Assembly (NCBI GenBank): GCA_016219925.1
Contig: JACRJU010000010.1
Span: forward strand, 32,147-96,146
Length of the DNA: 64,000 nucleotides
Origin: Candidatus Uhrbacteria bacterium
GTDB lineage: Bacteria; Patescibacteriota; Patescibacteriia; UBA9934; GWF2-40-263
Reading direction: 5' to 3'
Shown: positions 39,899 through 50,539 of the stretch, piece after piece
How positions within the stretch are numbered: the first letter of the stretch is position 1
Layout: the number at the start of each line of letters is the position of its first letter
The notes under the pieces: generated by a model
The model's input: the letters and a program-made list of their open reading frames with translations, nothing else
Database searches by the model: none
What the model was told of the DNA's origin: nothing
Program-made: the position numbers and the translations under genes

Positions 39899-41209
39899 TT
39901 GTTGTTTTCTATACCTCTTAAATTCAAACAACTTCTTGTCCGTGTCCTGCTTTCGTCCCTGCGAGGTCTGTTGGCTTTCAAGCGACACGGAGGAGGATGG
40001 CTTCGATGGTTTTCGAAGCCTTTTTCGTTTGTCGGGGTCTGGCTCGTTCGTCTTGTAGGCATCCCTGTTTACCGTGTCTTCTTTTTTATCAAGCGGCAGA
40101 TTGCCAACATTGTTCGTCCTACGAAGCACGGTTTATTACACATCATTACCAATCGATATACCGTGCATGTGGTTATGATTATTTTGGTGGCCTGTGTGAT
40201 TGGACTAAACATCAAAACCCGTGCCGTGCGTGCGGAAACATTTGGACAGAAGAGTTTGTTGTATGCGCTTGTATCGGTTGATGATTCTCAAACCATTGAG
40301 ATCGTTCAAGCGGACCAGAGCATTCTTCCAACAGGAGTCATCTCACGGTATGAATCGGATACGGTTTTAGACAATCAAGCTGATGTTGATTTATCTGATT
40401 TGCAGTCGCCTTATACCACCCCAACAACCGGAGGGACACCGCAGACGCCACCAAGCGTTCCCGCGCGCAGTGCGGTTGAAACGTATGTGGTTCAGGAAGG
40501 TGATACGCTTGGGAATATTGCGGATCATTATGGGTTAAATTTGAGCACGATTCTTTGGGCGAACCAACTTACTTTGCGAAGCACCATTCGTCCGGGCCAA
40601 GAGCTCTCCATCCTTCCAACGGACGGAGTGCTTTATAAGGTAACCTCTGGGGATACTCTTTCGCGCATTGCTCGACGCTTTAATGTTGATGCGGACAAAA
40701 TTTTGTCACAGAACCAATTAGCCAGCGCTGATCGGTTACATATCGGTGATCGACTCCTCATTCCAGGCGCAGAACCCTATCAAGCCGCTCCACGCATCAC
40801 CGCACCGGTATCGAATTTGTTTGCTCCATCTACAAAAACTCCTCCTGCGACAGGTGGTTGGATATGGCCGACCGATTGGCATGTCATCACCCAGTATTTT
40901 GGATGGAAACATACCGGTGTTGATATTGATGGGGATTACACCACCAACAACTATGCTGCGCGCGATGGGGTGGTTATTTATAGCGGATGGCGCGGAGGGT
41001 ACGGGTTGACGGTTGAAATTGATCATGGGGATGGATATGTCACACGGTATGGTCACCATTCGAAGATTTATGTGAAAGTTGGAGATTATGTAACCGCAGG
41101 ACAAGCCGTTGGCCGCACTGGCACGACCGGACGTTCGACAGGAACTCACCTCCATTTTGAGGTGATTAAGAATGGACGTTTTCAGAATCCGCTGGATTAC
41201 GTAAGATAA
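39899..41209 (+). CDS. LysM-domain M23 family metallopeptidase
   Basis: Two LysM repeats ('YVVQEGDTLGNIADHYG', 'YKVTSGDTLSRIARRFN') and M23 'HTGVDID...GTHLHFEV'. Confidence 0.75.
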   Translation: MLFSIPLKFKQLLVRVLLSSLRGLLAFKRHGGGWLRWFSKPFSFVGVWLVRLVGIPVYRVFFFIKRQIANIVRPTKHGLLHIITNRYTVHVVMIILVACVIGLNIKTRAVRAETFGQKSLLYALVSVDDSQTIEIVQADQSILPTGVISRYESDTVLDNQADVDLSDLQSPYTTPTTGGTPQTPPSVPARSAVETYVVQEGDTLGNIADHYGLNLSTILWANQLTLRSTIRPGQELSILPTDGVLYKVTSGDTLSRIARRFNVDADKILSQNQLASADRLHIGDRLLIPGAEPYQAAPRITAPVSNLFAPSTKTPPATGGWIWPTDWHVITQYFGWKHTGVDIDGDYTTNNYAARDGVVIYSGWRGGYGLTVEIDHGDGYVTRYGHHSKIYVKVGDYVTAGQAVGRTGTTGRSTGTHLHFEVIKNGRFQNPLDYVR

Positions 41210-41213
41210 CAGC

Positions 41214-41594
41214 ATGAATACTTGTACCAACTGTAAACATCTTGTTGAAGAATGGAACCGAATTTGCAGACAGTGTGGGTATCATTTGGTTTTGGAACCT
41301 GAGGCTGATGTCCGCGCGCGGTATTTGCGCGGGCCATCACTAGGGGCTCTTTTGTTTACGCAGGTTTGGTCAGCGGGTGCGCGGCTGTATGTATGGTTTC
41401 TGATCTCGCTCGTTCCCGGAGTCGGTTTAGTTGCTCTGTTTGCTTGTCTGTTTTGGGGTCGGCGATGGTCATGGAAGTCCGGTGGCTGGCAAAGTTGGGA
41501 AGCTTTTACAAAACGCATGCGTCTGCTCGATCTCCTTGGGCTGTGTTGGGTTTTGATATTGGTCGGGTTCTATCTATTTAGACGATTCGCTTAG
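41214..41594 (+). CDS. Zinc-ribbon membrane protein, hypothetical
   Basis: 'CTNCKHLV...CRQCGY' then two hydrophobic helices. Confidence 0.35.
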   Translation: MNTCTNCKHLVEEWNRICRQCGYHLVLEPEADVRARYLRGPSLGALLFTQVWSAGARLYVWFLISLVPGVGLVALFACLFWGRRWSWKSGGWQSWEAFTKRMRLLDLLGLCWVLILVGFYLFRRFA

Positions 41595-43090
41595 AGGCGT
41601 TCTTTGTACTGAAGGGCTTCAATGAGATGGGCTTTTTCAATCTGTTCCGCTCCGGCCAAGTCTGCGATCGTGCGGGCGATTTTTTTTATGCGCGTGTAGC
41701 CACGCATGCTGAGCATCCCTCTTGCGAAGCACGCATGCAAAAGTTGGGTAAGTTGTTTGTTGAGCGAGCAGTAAGCATCCAGATTTTTTTGCGAAAGTTG
41801 TGCGTTCGTCTTGATGCCGATGATTTTGTAACGATCTTGCTGTCTTTCGCGCGCTGTTTGGACGCGTCTTTGCACACACGCAGAAGTCTCGGATACAGAG
41901 GTTTCCAAATCTGAGACTTGGAGGTTTGGGACAGAGGCGAAGAGATCGATGCGATCAAGAAGCGGACCAGAGATTTTTTTTCGATACCGATCGACTTCTC
42001 CAAACGCACACGTGCATGCGCGTTTGGGGTCATTGAAATATCCACACGGACAAGGATTCATCGTTGCGATGAGTTGAAACTGTGCAGGGAATCTCACAGT
42101 TTCGTGTGCACGCGCAATAACAACCTCCCCTTCCTCCAGAGGTTGGCGCAGATGTTCAAGCACGCGTGAAGAAAATTCAGGAAGTTCGTCTAGAAATAAA
42201 ACCCCGCGGTGGGAGAGGGTAATTTCTCCCGGTCTAGGGAGAGATCCTCCACCAACAAGAGCCGCCGCTGAGGCGCTATGGTGGGGAGATCGCAGTGGAC
42301 GTTGTAAAAGTACACCAGGATTTAGACCGATTCCCGCTATGGATGCGATGCTCGTCACCTCGAGCATCTCTTCGCGCGTAAGGGTCGGCAGGATACCAGC
42401 GATCGAACGTGCCAAAAGCGTTTTTCCTGTTCCTGGGGGTCCGCTTAGTAAAAGATGATGCCCGCCACTTGCTGCAATTTCGAGCGCGCGTTTTGCGGAT
42501 TCTTGTCCGCGAATCATCGCAAAGTCCACACGATCTTCTTGGCTCGTATTTGGTTGAGTTGGGGGTTGTTGGATTATCGGCTGGTCCCCTCGCATATGCG
42601 CGACCAACTCTTGTATCGTCTCAATACCAAATATTCCAATACCTTCAACTAATGCCGCCTCCGCGGCATTGTTTTTTGGCACAAAAATACGCAGATGACC
42701 ATTTTGTTTTGCCATCAGAGTCGTAGCGAGAACGCCGCGCTGTGTTCGGATTTCCCCGTGAAGCCCCAATTCTCCTAACAAAACTGAACTCACTAAAGCA
42801 TTTTCGTCGAGCTGGCCGCTTCGGCACAGGATGGCCATAGCGATAGGGAGGTCATAACAGGCTCCTTGCTTGCGAAGGTGGGCAGGAGCGAGGTTGACGG
42901 TCACATGACCACGGGGAAATTGGAAGCCACTGTTTTTAATCGCCGCCTTGATCCGATCACGCGATTCTCTGACCGAGGCGTCCGGAAGGCCAACAATGGT
43001 AAATTGCGGAAGTCCCGAGGCAATGTCTACTTCGACAGAAACCGGTATGGCTGTGGTGCCGAAAATTGCCGATGAGGTAATCGAAAACAT
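41591..43090 (-). CDS. YifB/ComM family Mg-chelatase-like AAA+ ATPase
   Basis: 'GPPGTGKTLLARS', 'RGVLFLDELPEF', C-terminal 'RIKKIARTIADLAG'. Confidence 0.85.
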   Translation of the reverse strand: MFSITSSAIFGTTAIPVSVEVDIASGLPQFTIVGLPDASVRESRDRIKAAIKNSGFQFPRGHVTVNLAPAHLRKQGACYDLPIAMAILCRSGQLDENALVSSVLLGELGLHGEIRTQRGVLATTLMAKQNGHLRIFVPKNNAAEAALVEGIGIFGIETIQELVAHMRGDQPIIQQPPTQPNTSQEDRVDFAMIRGQESAKRALEIAASGGHHLLLSGPPGTGKTLLARSIAGILPTLTREEMLEVTSIASIAGIGLNPGVLLQRPLRSPHHSASAAALVGGGSLPRPGEITLSHRGVLFLDELPEFSSRVLEHLRQPLEEGEVVIARAHETVRFPAQFQLIATMNPCPCGYFNDPKRACTCAFGEVDRYRKKISGPLLDRIDLFASVPNLQVSDLETSVSETSACVQRRVQTARERQQDRYKIIGIKTNAQLSQKNLDAYCSLNKQLTQLLHACFARGMLSMRGYTRIKKIARTIADLAGAEQIEKAHLIEALQYKERL

Positions 43091-43138
43091 AAAACCTCCC
43101 AATAAAGGGAGGTCTTATCTAGCACTCGTGCTATTACC

Positions 43139-43651
43139 TTACACGATAGGAACGGTTTTGTCAATATTTTTTTTGCGTGAAGTCAAAAGCAGAAGGGCGA
43201 TAACTCCCAGGACAATCACCAAATCAGAGAAGTTGATGGCACTGCGGCCAAAGAAAATAAGATAATCAACTGTGAAGCCGTAAATAAGGCGATCAAAAAG
43301 GTTTCCCGCCGCTCCGATAAGGATCATGAGACAAGCAAAAGCTACATGAGGCTTTGTGAGAATCGTTTTGCTCACGACGCGAATCAACACAAGACCGATA
43401 ACAATGCTGACGAGCACCACAAGTTCATGACGAAACGGGAGATCGAAGGCGAGTCCGAAGTTTTTATGAACCGCAAAATCAATCAGATGAGGTGAGGTCA
43501 AAAAAGTCTCTTCTGGAAAATATAAGAGTGCCTTTGCTTTGAGCCACTCATCAAGAATGACTGTCAGGGCGATCGGAAAGAGCAAAAAATAAATGTCGAA
43601 TTTTGAACGTTTCACACCTCTTGTGTCAGGGTTTTCTTGCATTGGATGCAA
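43139..43651 (-). CDS. lspA: Lipoprotein signal peptidase II
   Basis: 'GAAGNLFDRLIYGFTVDYLIFF'. Confidence 0.7.
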   Translation of the reverse strand: MHPMQENPDTRGVKRSKFDIYFLLFPIALTVILDEWLKAKALLYFPEETFLTSPHLIDFAVHKNFGLAFDLPFRHELVVLVSIVIGLVLIRVVSKTILTKPHVAFACLMILIGAAGNLFDRLIYGFTVDYLIFFGRSAINFSDLVIVLGVIALLLLTSRKKNIDKTVPIV

Positions 43652-43995
43652 GATGTGGAAGTTGGTCGGGCCTCCAAACGACGTTCGTCAATTTCTTGTC
43701 CGCAGTATTTACAAGTGCCGTAGGTTCCGCCATCGAACATTTTAAGAGCACTCTCGACATCACGAAGAGCCTTTTCGAGTTCTTCTTCCAAGGAAAGATT
43801 GTCGGAGAAGCTCGCGACTTCGGAGGCGTTTTCATCTTCTTTGTCGCCGATATTCTGAAAATCCGTTTCAAATTCGGTTTCTTTTGCTTTTGGATTGCGA
43901 TGGGCAAACTTAGACAACTCCGTCGTCAATCGGTTTTTCTCCTCTTCGAGCGTCGTCTTCATTTTTTCAAGAAACTGCTGGTTCATATCAGTCAA
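43612..43995 (-). CDS. DksA/TraR-family C4 zinc-finger protein
   Basis: 'CKYCGQEIDERRLEARPTSTSCIQC'. Confidence 0.65.
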   Translation of the reverse strand: MTDMNQQFLEKMKTTLEEEKNRLTTELSKFAHRNPKAKETEFETDFQNIGDKEDENASEVASFSDNLSLEEELEKALRDVESALKMFDGGTYGTCKYCGQEIDERRLEARPTSTSCIQCKKTLTQEV

Positions 43996-44554
43996 AAATG
44001 GCTTAGTTTGGATACCTTATCAGCTTTTGGATAAAAAAAGAAGAGGGCAGTGAGCCCATGACAAGTGTTGTTTAAGGCTATGCCCCCAAGGCAGGATTGA
44101 TGGTGGCTTTGGAGGCGTCGGGTTATGGGTTCCATGCTTGAAGCCCATGACTCGACGCCCTTAGAACACAACCGACTCAATCCTAAGGTTCCTACACCAC
44201 CTCTCTACCATTTCATGGTTTTACCTGCGGATGAATCCTGACGGATTCACATCATTGCAGGCGAACCTAGATGTTTCGTTTTTGTTTTTGTTTGGAGGAT
44301 ATCGAAACAGTAGAGCGGCGAGACGTTTTCCGAATAACGCGCGAGCGTGGGGTGCTCACTCACCATTGAAGGCAAGCGTCTTCGGAAAACCTCCCAAGAG
44401 TGTGTAGAAAGAACGAACGATCAGTGGTTGATCGTATTTACATAGTAACAAAAAAATGACGTTTGGTCAATTGTCATTTTTTGCCTGTGATTAGCTTAGA
44501 AGCAGACGTCTTGAAAACAGGATGTGTTCATTATGTATTACTGTAATTGCAAAG

Positions 44555-44594
44555 TTATCCACAGAATCTGTTATTTACCCATAACTTATCCACA
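44555..44594 (+). promoter_or_regulatory. Two perfect DnaA boxes (TTATCCACA) in direct orientation, 31 bp apart
   Basis: ttatccaca at 44555-44563 and 44586-44594, with degenerate ttatttacc between them. Confidence 0.6.
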
Positions 44595-44595
44595 A

Positions 44596-45891
44596 TTAAA
44601 AACACAGATGAAATTCCTCTTGTTTTCCAGATGTTTTGACACCAATAGCTGAAAGGTTGTTGCCCAAAAGTCTAAAGACATCACTGCTATAAGCATTTGT
44701 TGGATAGGATTTTGATTCGGCGAGACTTTTCATTGAAAGATAAGCGGTATTTACATCACAGGGAACAGCTTTTTTATGCTCTTTTTGTGGTTCTTGTAAC
44801 CATTCCTTCAGAGTTTCTTCATCGTTTGTGAAAATAAATGGGTCATTCTTGCTCACAAAAAGGCCATCATTTCCGTTTGAAGCATGAAAAAATTCAGTAC
44901 CGCCTACAGTGATTTCTTCAACCGGGATGAGGCTTGGGTCAGCAATGATTTCTTGTATTGTTGTGGAATCCGGCAGAGATCGCGATGTCATTGTTGGTTT
45001 TGAGACTGACAAGATTGTTTGAATCAACTTGGATCGATCAGCTTGAGCATCTGTATGGATCATTGAGACAAGGAAAACAGGATTTTGTGGGTTTTTTAAA
45101 ATGATATCCCCGGTCATTGATGAAAAATTGCTAAAGAGCGAAATAGAAGATTCGGAGAGAAGTGGTCCTGCAATAGGCGTGAATATACTCAGAAAGCCAT
45201 TGGCAACTTTTTGATTTGTTGACACTGGCGTATGCAAATAGAGATATAAACTAGTGAAGTCTAGATTACGATATCCTATGTTGTTTGCGTTTTTTTCTTG
45301 CAGAGGAATAATAAGACCATTCTTATCTTGGAAAATTGCAGAAAGTTTTTGGTGATCCTTTTCGTAAAGATTCCCAATGGGAGCGTTGAAGATCGACGAG
45401 AATGAAAAGCGTGGGTGTTTCACCTTTAGCCCGCTGATAGCTTGAAGTTTGTCAGAAAGGAGCAACATATTATTACCGATGGGTTGGACGATAATATGGT
45501 TAGCATCGAATAGGGGAGTTTTAAGATCACTTTTTTGCGAGCGGATGGCCACAACTCTTGATCCATCATCCAAAAAGAACCAAATGAGTTCTCCATGCGT
45601 AATAGGTTCAAGATCCTCCAGAGTGAAGTTTCGGTTTGAAATCAACGGAACGTTTCTTAGAACGCGTTCAAGAACAGGTTTTGTTTTTGGGTTGATAAAT
45701 AGTTGGGCAGCTCCGATGGTTCCTTCTGGAGCCGCGATGAAAAGTCGCGTCGAACTTAGGAAAAAAAGTCGTGTCCAAGAAAAGACAATAAAACCAAACC
45801 CCAAAAGAACCACCAAAAGCCAAACAACCCACCAAGATCGGCGGGTTGTTTTATGACTGCGGGAAAGAGGGATATGAAGTCTTTCTCCCAT
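44596..45891 (-). CDS. Hypothetical membrane-anchored extracytoplasmic protein
   Basis: N-terminal transmembrane anchor 'WWVVWLLVVLLGFGFIVF'. No recognisable domain. Confidence 0.35.
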   Translation of the reverse strand: MGERLHIPLSRSHKTTRRSWWVVWLLVVLLGFGFIVFSWTRLFFLSSTRLFIAAPEGTIGAAQLFINPKTKPVLERVLRNVPLISNRNFTLEDLEPITHGELIWFFLDDGSRVVAIRSQKSDLKTPLFDANHIIVQPIGNNMLLLSDKLQAISGLKVKHPRFSFSSIFNAPIGNLYEKDHQKLSAIFQDKNGLIIPLQEKNANNIGYRNLDFTSLYLYLHTPVSTNQKVANGFLSIFTPIAGPLLSESSISLFSNFSSMTGDIILKNPQNPVFLVSMIHTDAQADRSKLIQTILSVSKPTMTSRSLPDSTTIQEIIADPSLIPVEEITVGGTEFFHASNGNDGLFVSKNDPFIFTNDEETLKEWLQEPQKEHKKAVPCDVNTAYLSMKSLAESKSYPTNAYSSDVFRLLGNNLSAIGVKTSGKQEEFHLCF

Positions 45892-45905
45892 GGGTTTAGA
45901 GACCT

Positions 45906-48113
45906 TTAGGGTTTTGCTGGTGGGCGCGGTCTAAACGGTTTTCGGCCCATTGGTCGCTGGCCGCCAGAGTCCGGAGCCCCTGCTGGACGTTCGGGATAGG
46001 TGTTGCCCGGAGCATCTTTCATGGAAAGACTGATTTTTCCGTCTGGTGAGAGGTCCATGACCTTCACCATAACTTCATCGCCTAACTTTACGATATCAGA
46101 GACTTTCTCAACGCGCCATGGAGCCATCATACTCACATGCACCATGCCGTCCTTTTTGGGAAGAAATTCGACAATCGCCCCGAAGTCCATCACACGCACC
46201 ACTTTTCCTTTAAAAATCTCCCCCACTTTCGCCTCTCGGGTCAACGCTTCAATCATGCTTTGGGCCTTGGCGGCACCATCGGCATTTGTCGAAGTGATCA
46301 TCACAAGCCCGTCATCTTCGATATCAATCGCTTGAACCCCAGTGGTGGCAATAATTTCGTTGATGGTTTTTCCAGACGGTCCAATGACGCTCCCGATAAG
46401 CTCTGGATTAATGTGAAGGGTAATAATGCGAGGCGCATAAGGAGAGAGATCTGGACGTGGAGCCGCGATCACATCTGTCATCGCTTTCAAAACTTCCAAT
46501 CGCGCTTCTCGCGCTTGCTTGATCGTCTGCTCAACAATATCGCTGGTCAGGCCGTCGGTTTTGGTGTCCATCTGAATGGCGGTGATGCCTTCTTGGGTTC
46601 CGGCGATTTTGAAATCCATTCCCCCTTTACCATCTTCCAAGTCTTGGAGGTCTGTGATGACTTTCCACACCCCCTTTCCATCCGTGGCGAGTCCCATCGC
46701 AATACCTGCGACCGGCGCTTTGATCGGAACTCCCGCATCCATAAGTGCGAGCGTGGAACCACACGTTGAACCCATTGAGCTTGACCCATTGGATCCCAAA
46801 ACTTCCGAGACCGCCCTGATAGTGTACGGAAAAGCTTCTTTGTCCGGCATCATGGGCATCAAAGCTTTTTCCGCCAGTCCACCGTGACCAATATCGCGTC
46901 GTGATGGGCCGCGCAGAGGTTTTACCTCGCCGACAGAAAATGGAGGGAAGTTGTAGTGATGGAAATAGCGCTTGGTGCCAACCAGTTCCATACCATCGAG
47001 TGTCTGGGCATCGCCGGGCGCGCCCAGAGTGACCACAGTAAGCACTTGGGTCTCCCCACGCATGAAGTGTCCGCTTCCATGTACGCGTGGAAGCACGGCT
47101 ACCTGCGAAAGCAACTCACGAATCTGGGTGATCGCCCGTCCGTCCACACGTCGTTCCTCCTGAAGGATCGCGCGAGAGACTTCTTTTTCCAAAATTTCCA
47201 AAACGATATCCGTTCCAAAGTGGAGCTCCTCTTCCACCACCCCTTGCTCGACCAAAAATGTTTTGGTGTTTTTTTTGAGCTGTTCTTTTTGTGTTGCCCG
47301 TTCTGTTTTGGTGGCTTTTGGTGATCCAAAAAAGAGCTCTTTGACTTGTTGGGTGATGAATGGCGCGGCGATATTTTCTACGCGTTCTTGTTGAACGGTC
47401 TTTTCTGGGATGACCTCGCGCTTTTGTTTTCCAACAGCCGCACGCACTTCCTCAATGAGTTTTACCGGAACATCAATATGCTTGAGACCAAAAGCGAATC
47501 CCCCAATCACCGTCTCTTCTGGCGCTTCGTTGGCTCCAGCTTCAATCATGATCACTTTATTTTTGGTTCCAGCAAAGGAGAGGTCGAGGATAGACTTATC
47601 TCGCGCCTCGTAGCTCGGGTTCATGACCCACTCTCCGCCAATGGATCCCACGCGGATACAGCCGATTGGACCAGCCCAAGGAATATCGCTGATGTGCAGG
47701 GCGCAGGAAGCTCCGATGAGGCCGAGCACATCCGGATCATTCTCGCCGTCAAAAGACAGTGTCGTCACAATGACCTGTACATCATTGCGCATGCGGTCAT
47801 CAAAGAGCGGACGAATGGCGCGGTCGATGAAGCGTGCTGTCAGAATCGCTTCATCGGTTGGGCGACCTTCTTTTTTAATGAATCGACTTCCTTTAATGCG
47901 TCCGGCGGCATAGAGTTTTTCTTCAAAATCCACCATAAGCGGAAAAAATCCCATGTTTTCGCGCAACTCTGAACTCATGGTTGCGGTTGCAAGCACGATG
48001 GTGTCGCCATATTGAACCGTGCAGGATCCCCCTGTTTGGTTTGCATATTTGCCCACTTCAATCGTGAGCGTTTTTCCGCCCCACGGGGCGGAAAAGGATT
48101 TGGGTTGGATCAT
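45906..48113 (-). CDS. pnp: Polyribonucleotide nucleotidyltransferase (PNPase)
   Basis: Two RNase PH domains plus KH '[15 protein letters not shown]' and S1 '[20 protein letters not shown]'. Confidence 0.9.
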   Translation of the reverse strand: MIQPKSFSAPWGGKTLTIEVGKYANQTGGSCTVQYGDTIVLATATMSSELRENMGFFPLMVDFEEKLYAAGRIKGSRFIKKEGRPTDEAILTARFIDRAIRPLFDDRMRNDVQVIVTTLSFDGENDPDVLGLIGASCALHISDIPWAGPIGCIRVGSIGGEWVMNPSYEARDKSILDLSFAGTKNKVIMIEAGANEAPEETVIGGFAFGLKHIDVPVKLIEEVRAAVGKQKREVIPEKTVQQERVENIAAPFITQQVKELFFGSPKATKTERATQKEQLKKNTKTFLVEQGVVEEELHFGTDIVLEILEKEVSRAILQEERRVDGRAITQIRELLSQVAVLPRVHGSGHFMRGETQVLTVVTLGAPGDAQTLDGMELVGTKRYFHHYNFPPFSVGEVKPLRGPSRRDIGHGGLAEKALMPMMPDKEAFPYTIRAVSEVLGSNGSSSMGSTCGSTLALMDAGVPIKAPVAGIAMGLATDGKGVWKVITDLQDLEDGKGGMDFKIAGTQEGITAIQMDTKTDGLTSDIVEQTIKQAREARLEVLKAMTDVIAAPRPDLSPYAPRIITLHINPELIGSVIGPSGKTINEIIATTGVQAIDIEDDGLVMITSTNADGAAKAQSMIEALTREAKVGEIFKGKVVRVMDFGAIVEFLPKKDGMVHVSMMAPWRVEKVSDIVKLGDEVMVKVMDLSPDGKISLSMKDAPGNTYPERPAGAPDSGGQRPMGRKPFRPRPPAKP

Positions 48114-48203
48114 AGAGTATGGTGATCCTACAGAGGCAGAAGATGTCGAGGCAACCTCGAAATCTCAACGTCTCCGCAGGAATCAAAAATAAGAATCAGT
48201 AAA

Positions 48204-48842
48204 TTAAAACTCAAGCCGACGGGTTCTGGATTCATCCTGATTATCATCCGAGGCTTCCATCACAAAACTCAAATCGTCACTTCCCCCTTCTTCATCAACC
48301 GAGTCTCCCGCGGTCTCACCTCCCGTCTGTGGAGCTTTGCCAACCGGACCGATGAGATACCGGCGTTTGTTTTTTGAGAGATCCGTATAGTCATCAACAA
48401 AATTTGTCAGACTCGTCGAAGTCGTTTCTCCAAAAGCCATTACTTCGGCAATGCGCCCACGACTTTGGATATGTTCGACCAGAGGAATGAAGTCCCCATC
48501 GCCAGAGACGATAACCACAACATCAAGAACATCAAGCATGCGAACCACATCAATCGCAAGACCGACGTCCCAGTCGGCTTTTTTGTGGCCCGAGGCATAT
48601 TCCATGAGCTCTTTTTCTCGCGTTTCAATGCCGGATTTTTGCAGGGCTTCGAAGAACGGCTGTTCTTCGGCGGTTTTTGTGCTCACGACATACGCTAGTG
48701 CACGAATGAGTCGTCGGCCGGCCACAGCGTCCTCAACGATATTTTTGAAATGGACTTTGCGCTGAAAAAGAGAGCGGGCGCTGTAGTACATGTTTTGCGT
48801 GTCGATAAAAACACCAACGCGCTGATCTTTGTGTTTAAACAT
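48204..48842 (-). CDS. NYN-domain (LabA/DUF88-like) protein with acidic C-terminal tail
   Basis: 'VGVFIDTQNMYY', 'DVVVIVSGDGDFIPLVE'. Confidence 0.65.
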   Translation of the reverse strand: MFKHKDQRVGVFIDTQNMYYSARSLFQRKVHFKNIVEDAVAGRRLIRALAYVVSTKTAEEQPFFEALQKSGIETREKELMEYASGHKKADWDVGLAIDVVRMLDVLDVVVIVSGDGDFIPLVEHIQSRGRIAEVMAFGETTSTSLTNFVDDYTDLSKNKRRYLIGPVGKAPQTGGETAGDSVDEEGGSDDLSFVMEASDDNQDESRTRRLEF

Positions 48843-48864
48843 AGGGGAAGAAAAAAGAGTTGAA

Positions 48865-49128
48865 TTACTTCAACTCTAACTCTTTTTTGATTTTCAAAAA
48901 GGCCTTTTCGTCTTCGCGTTCGAGATATTTGAGCAGACGGCGGCGTTCGTTCACTTTTTTGATGAGCCCACGACGAGAGGAAAAATCTTTTTTGTGGGTA
49001 CGCATGTGCTTGGTCAGCTCGTCGATTTCTGTCGTGAGAATCGCGATCTGAACTTGTGGCGACCCGGTATCTGAATCGTGGGTACGGAATTTTTCAATGA
49101 CTTTCTGCTTCTTTTTGATGTTGAGCAT
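48865..49128 (-). CDS. rpsO: 30S ribosomal protein S15
   Basis: '[42 protein letters not shown]'. Confidence 0.9.
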   Translation of the reverse strand: MLNIKKKQKVIEKFRTHDSDTGSPQVQIAILTTEIDELTKHMRTHKKDFSSRRGLIKKVNERRRLLKYLEREDEKAFLKIKKELELK

Positions 49129-49293
49129 AGATAAGGAGAGTTCACGCGCGGGGCCGAGTGAGGGGGCTCAATCCCTAGCCAAGCCAGCGCCAGAGTGATT
49201 TATGGCAAAAGCATAGCAAAAAGCCCACTTGGCGTCAATTATTCTGTCGGAGGTCATCCTACTCGAGCCGGTTGCTGTTATACTATAGACCAT

Positions 49294-50508
49294 ATGTCTG
49301 AACCCCTAGCCTCTTCTTTTCCGGCAACGCATCGCCGCTCGATCGCCCATCTTGGTGCATTCCCCACCCTTGCCTCAAATCGGCTTATCGGATTTATCGG
49401 GTCGAGTATGCTTGGGGTTTTTCTGCCGATTTTTTTATATGAGTTTTTTGATGCCTCCCTTTCGTTCGTCCTGTTGTGGTTTGCGATTGATTTTTTAATT
49501 AAACTTCCGTTTTATGTTCCGGCCGCACGCGCGTTCTCTCGCATCGGGTTGGTTCGTTCCATGATGATTGGGACTCTTGGAATGGTTCTTTTTTACGGAG
49601 TATTTTTCTTGCTTGATAAAAACATCTCTTTTCACCCATTTGTTCTGATGGCCATTGGAATGTTCGGGCTCTCGCTTGATAGCACGTTTTATTGGTCACC
49701 GTTCCACATCGACATGGCGAAGTTTATGGATGCTAAGCGACGCGGGATTCAGTTGGGAGCCTACTATAGTCTTCAGCAAATCATGTCCGTGGTCACTCCT
49801 CTTGCGGCGGCGTTTCTCATTGCACATTTTGGCTATCGTGCCAATTTTTTTGCTGGGCTCATAATCTCATTTCTCTCGATCATTCCGCTTTTTTTTGTTC
49901 CCGAGCGTCGCGTGCGGTATGAATTTGGCTATCTGGAAAGTTTACGCAAACTTTTTTCAAAAAAATTTCGCGCAATGTCTTTTTCAATGATGGCGCTTGG
50001 GGCGGAAAACATTGTGGCATCAGTTGTGTGGCCCATCTTTTTGTTTTCCCTTTTTCGTGGGAGTTATCTTGAAGTCGGCGGCGTGACCGCCGCGATTATC
50101 GTTATCTCACTTGTGTTAGAGATGGTGGTCGGAAAAGAAACGGATCGAATGCGCGCGGGCTTCATGATCAAATGGGGAACGTGGATTTATGCTTTGGGTT
50201 GGGTGGCTAAAGGGATTGTAAGCACGCTTACCGGGGTCTTTGCAGCCTCGACATTTCATAGCTTTAGCTCGATTGTGGTGCACACGCCTCTTGATGCCCT
50301 CACGTATCAGCAAGCCGCGGATTCTGGACACTACATTGATGAGTATACGGTTTTGCGTGAGATGTCGCTTGGCATCGGGCGCGTCGTCATGTTGCTTCTT
50401 TTGATTCCTCTGACGACTTCCTTTTCGATCGGCTATGCTTTTTTTGCGGCCGCGGTTGTCTCGCTTGGGATGAACTGGCTTGTGCAGTATCACGCGCAAG
50501 AATCATAA
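49294..50508 (+). CDS. MFS-type transporter
   Basis: 12 predicted helices. Start trimmed to the internal ATG 'MSEPLASSF'. Confidence 0.55.
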   Translation: MSEPLASSFPATHRRSIAHLGAFPTLASNRLIGFIGSSMLGVFLPIFLYEFFDASLSFVLLWFAIDFLIKLPFYVPAARAFSRIGLVRSMMIGTLGMVLFYGVFFLLDKNISFHPFVLMAIGMFGLSLDSTFYWSPFHIDMAKFMDAKRRGIQLGAYYSLQQIMSVVTPLAAAFLIAHFGYRANFFAGLIISFLSIIPLFFVPERRVRYEFGYLESLRKLFSKKFRAMSFSMMALGAENIVASVVWPIFLFSLFRGSYLEVGGVTAAIIVISLVLEMVVGKETDRMRAGFMIKWGTWIYALGWVAKGIVSTLTGVFAASTFHSFSSIVVHTPLDALTYQQAADSGHYIDEYTVLREMSLGIGRVVMLLLLIPLTTSFSIGYAFFAAAVVSLGMNWLVQYHAQES

Positions 50509-50539
50509 AACTCCCGAGAGCTTCGGGAGTTTTATGATT
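50509..50539. terminator. Bidirectional hairpin terminator between the MFS and DsbA-like genes
   Basis: aactcccgag-agc-ttcgggagtt, T-rich on both sides. Confidence 0.5.

Noticed and set aside
44040-44400. Assignment of the GC-rich noncoding segment to RNase P RNA, tmRNA or SRP RNA
   Set aside because: Only partial motif resemblance (e.g. ccaaggcagg; a gucggguu/aaccgac pairing). I could not reconstruct a convincing conserved secondary structure by eye. Left as an unassigned candidate.
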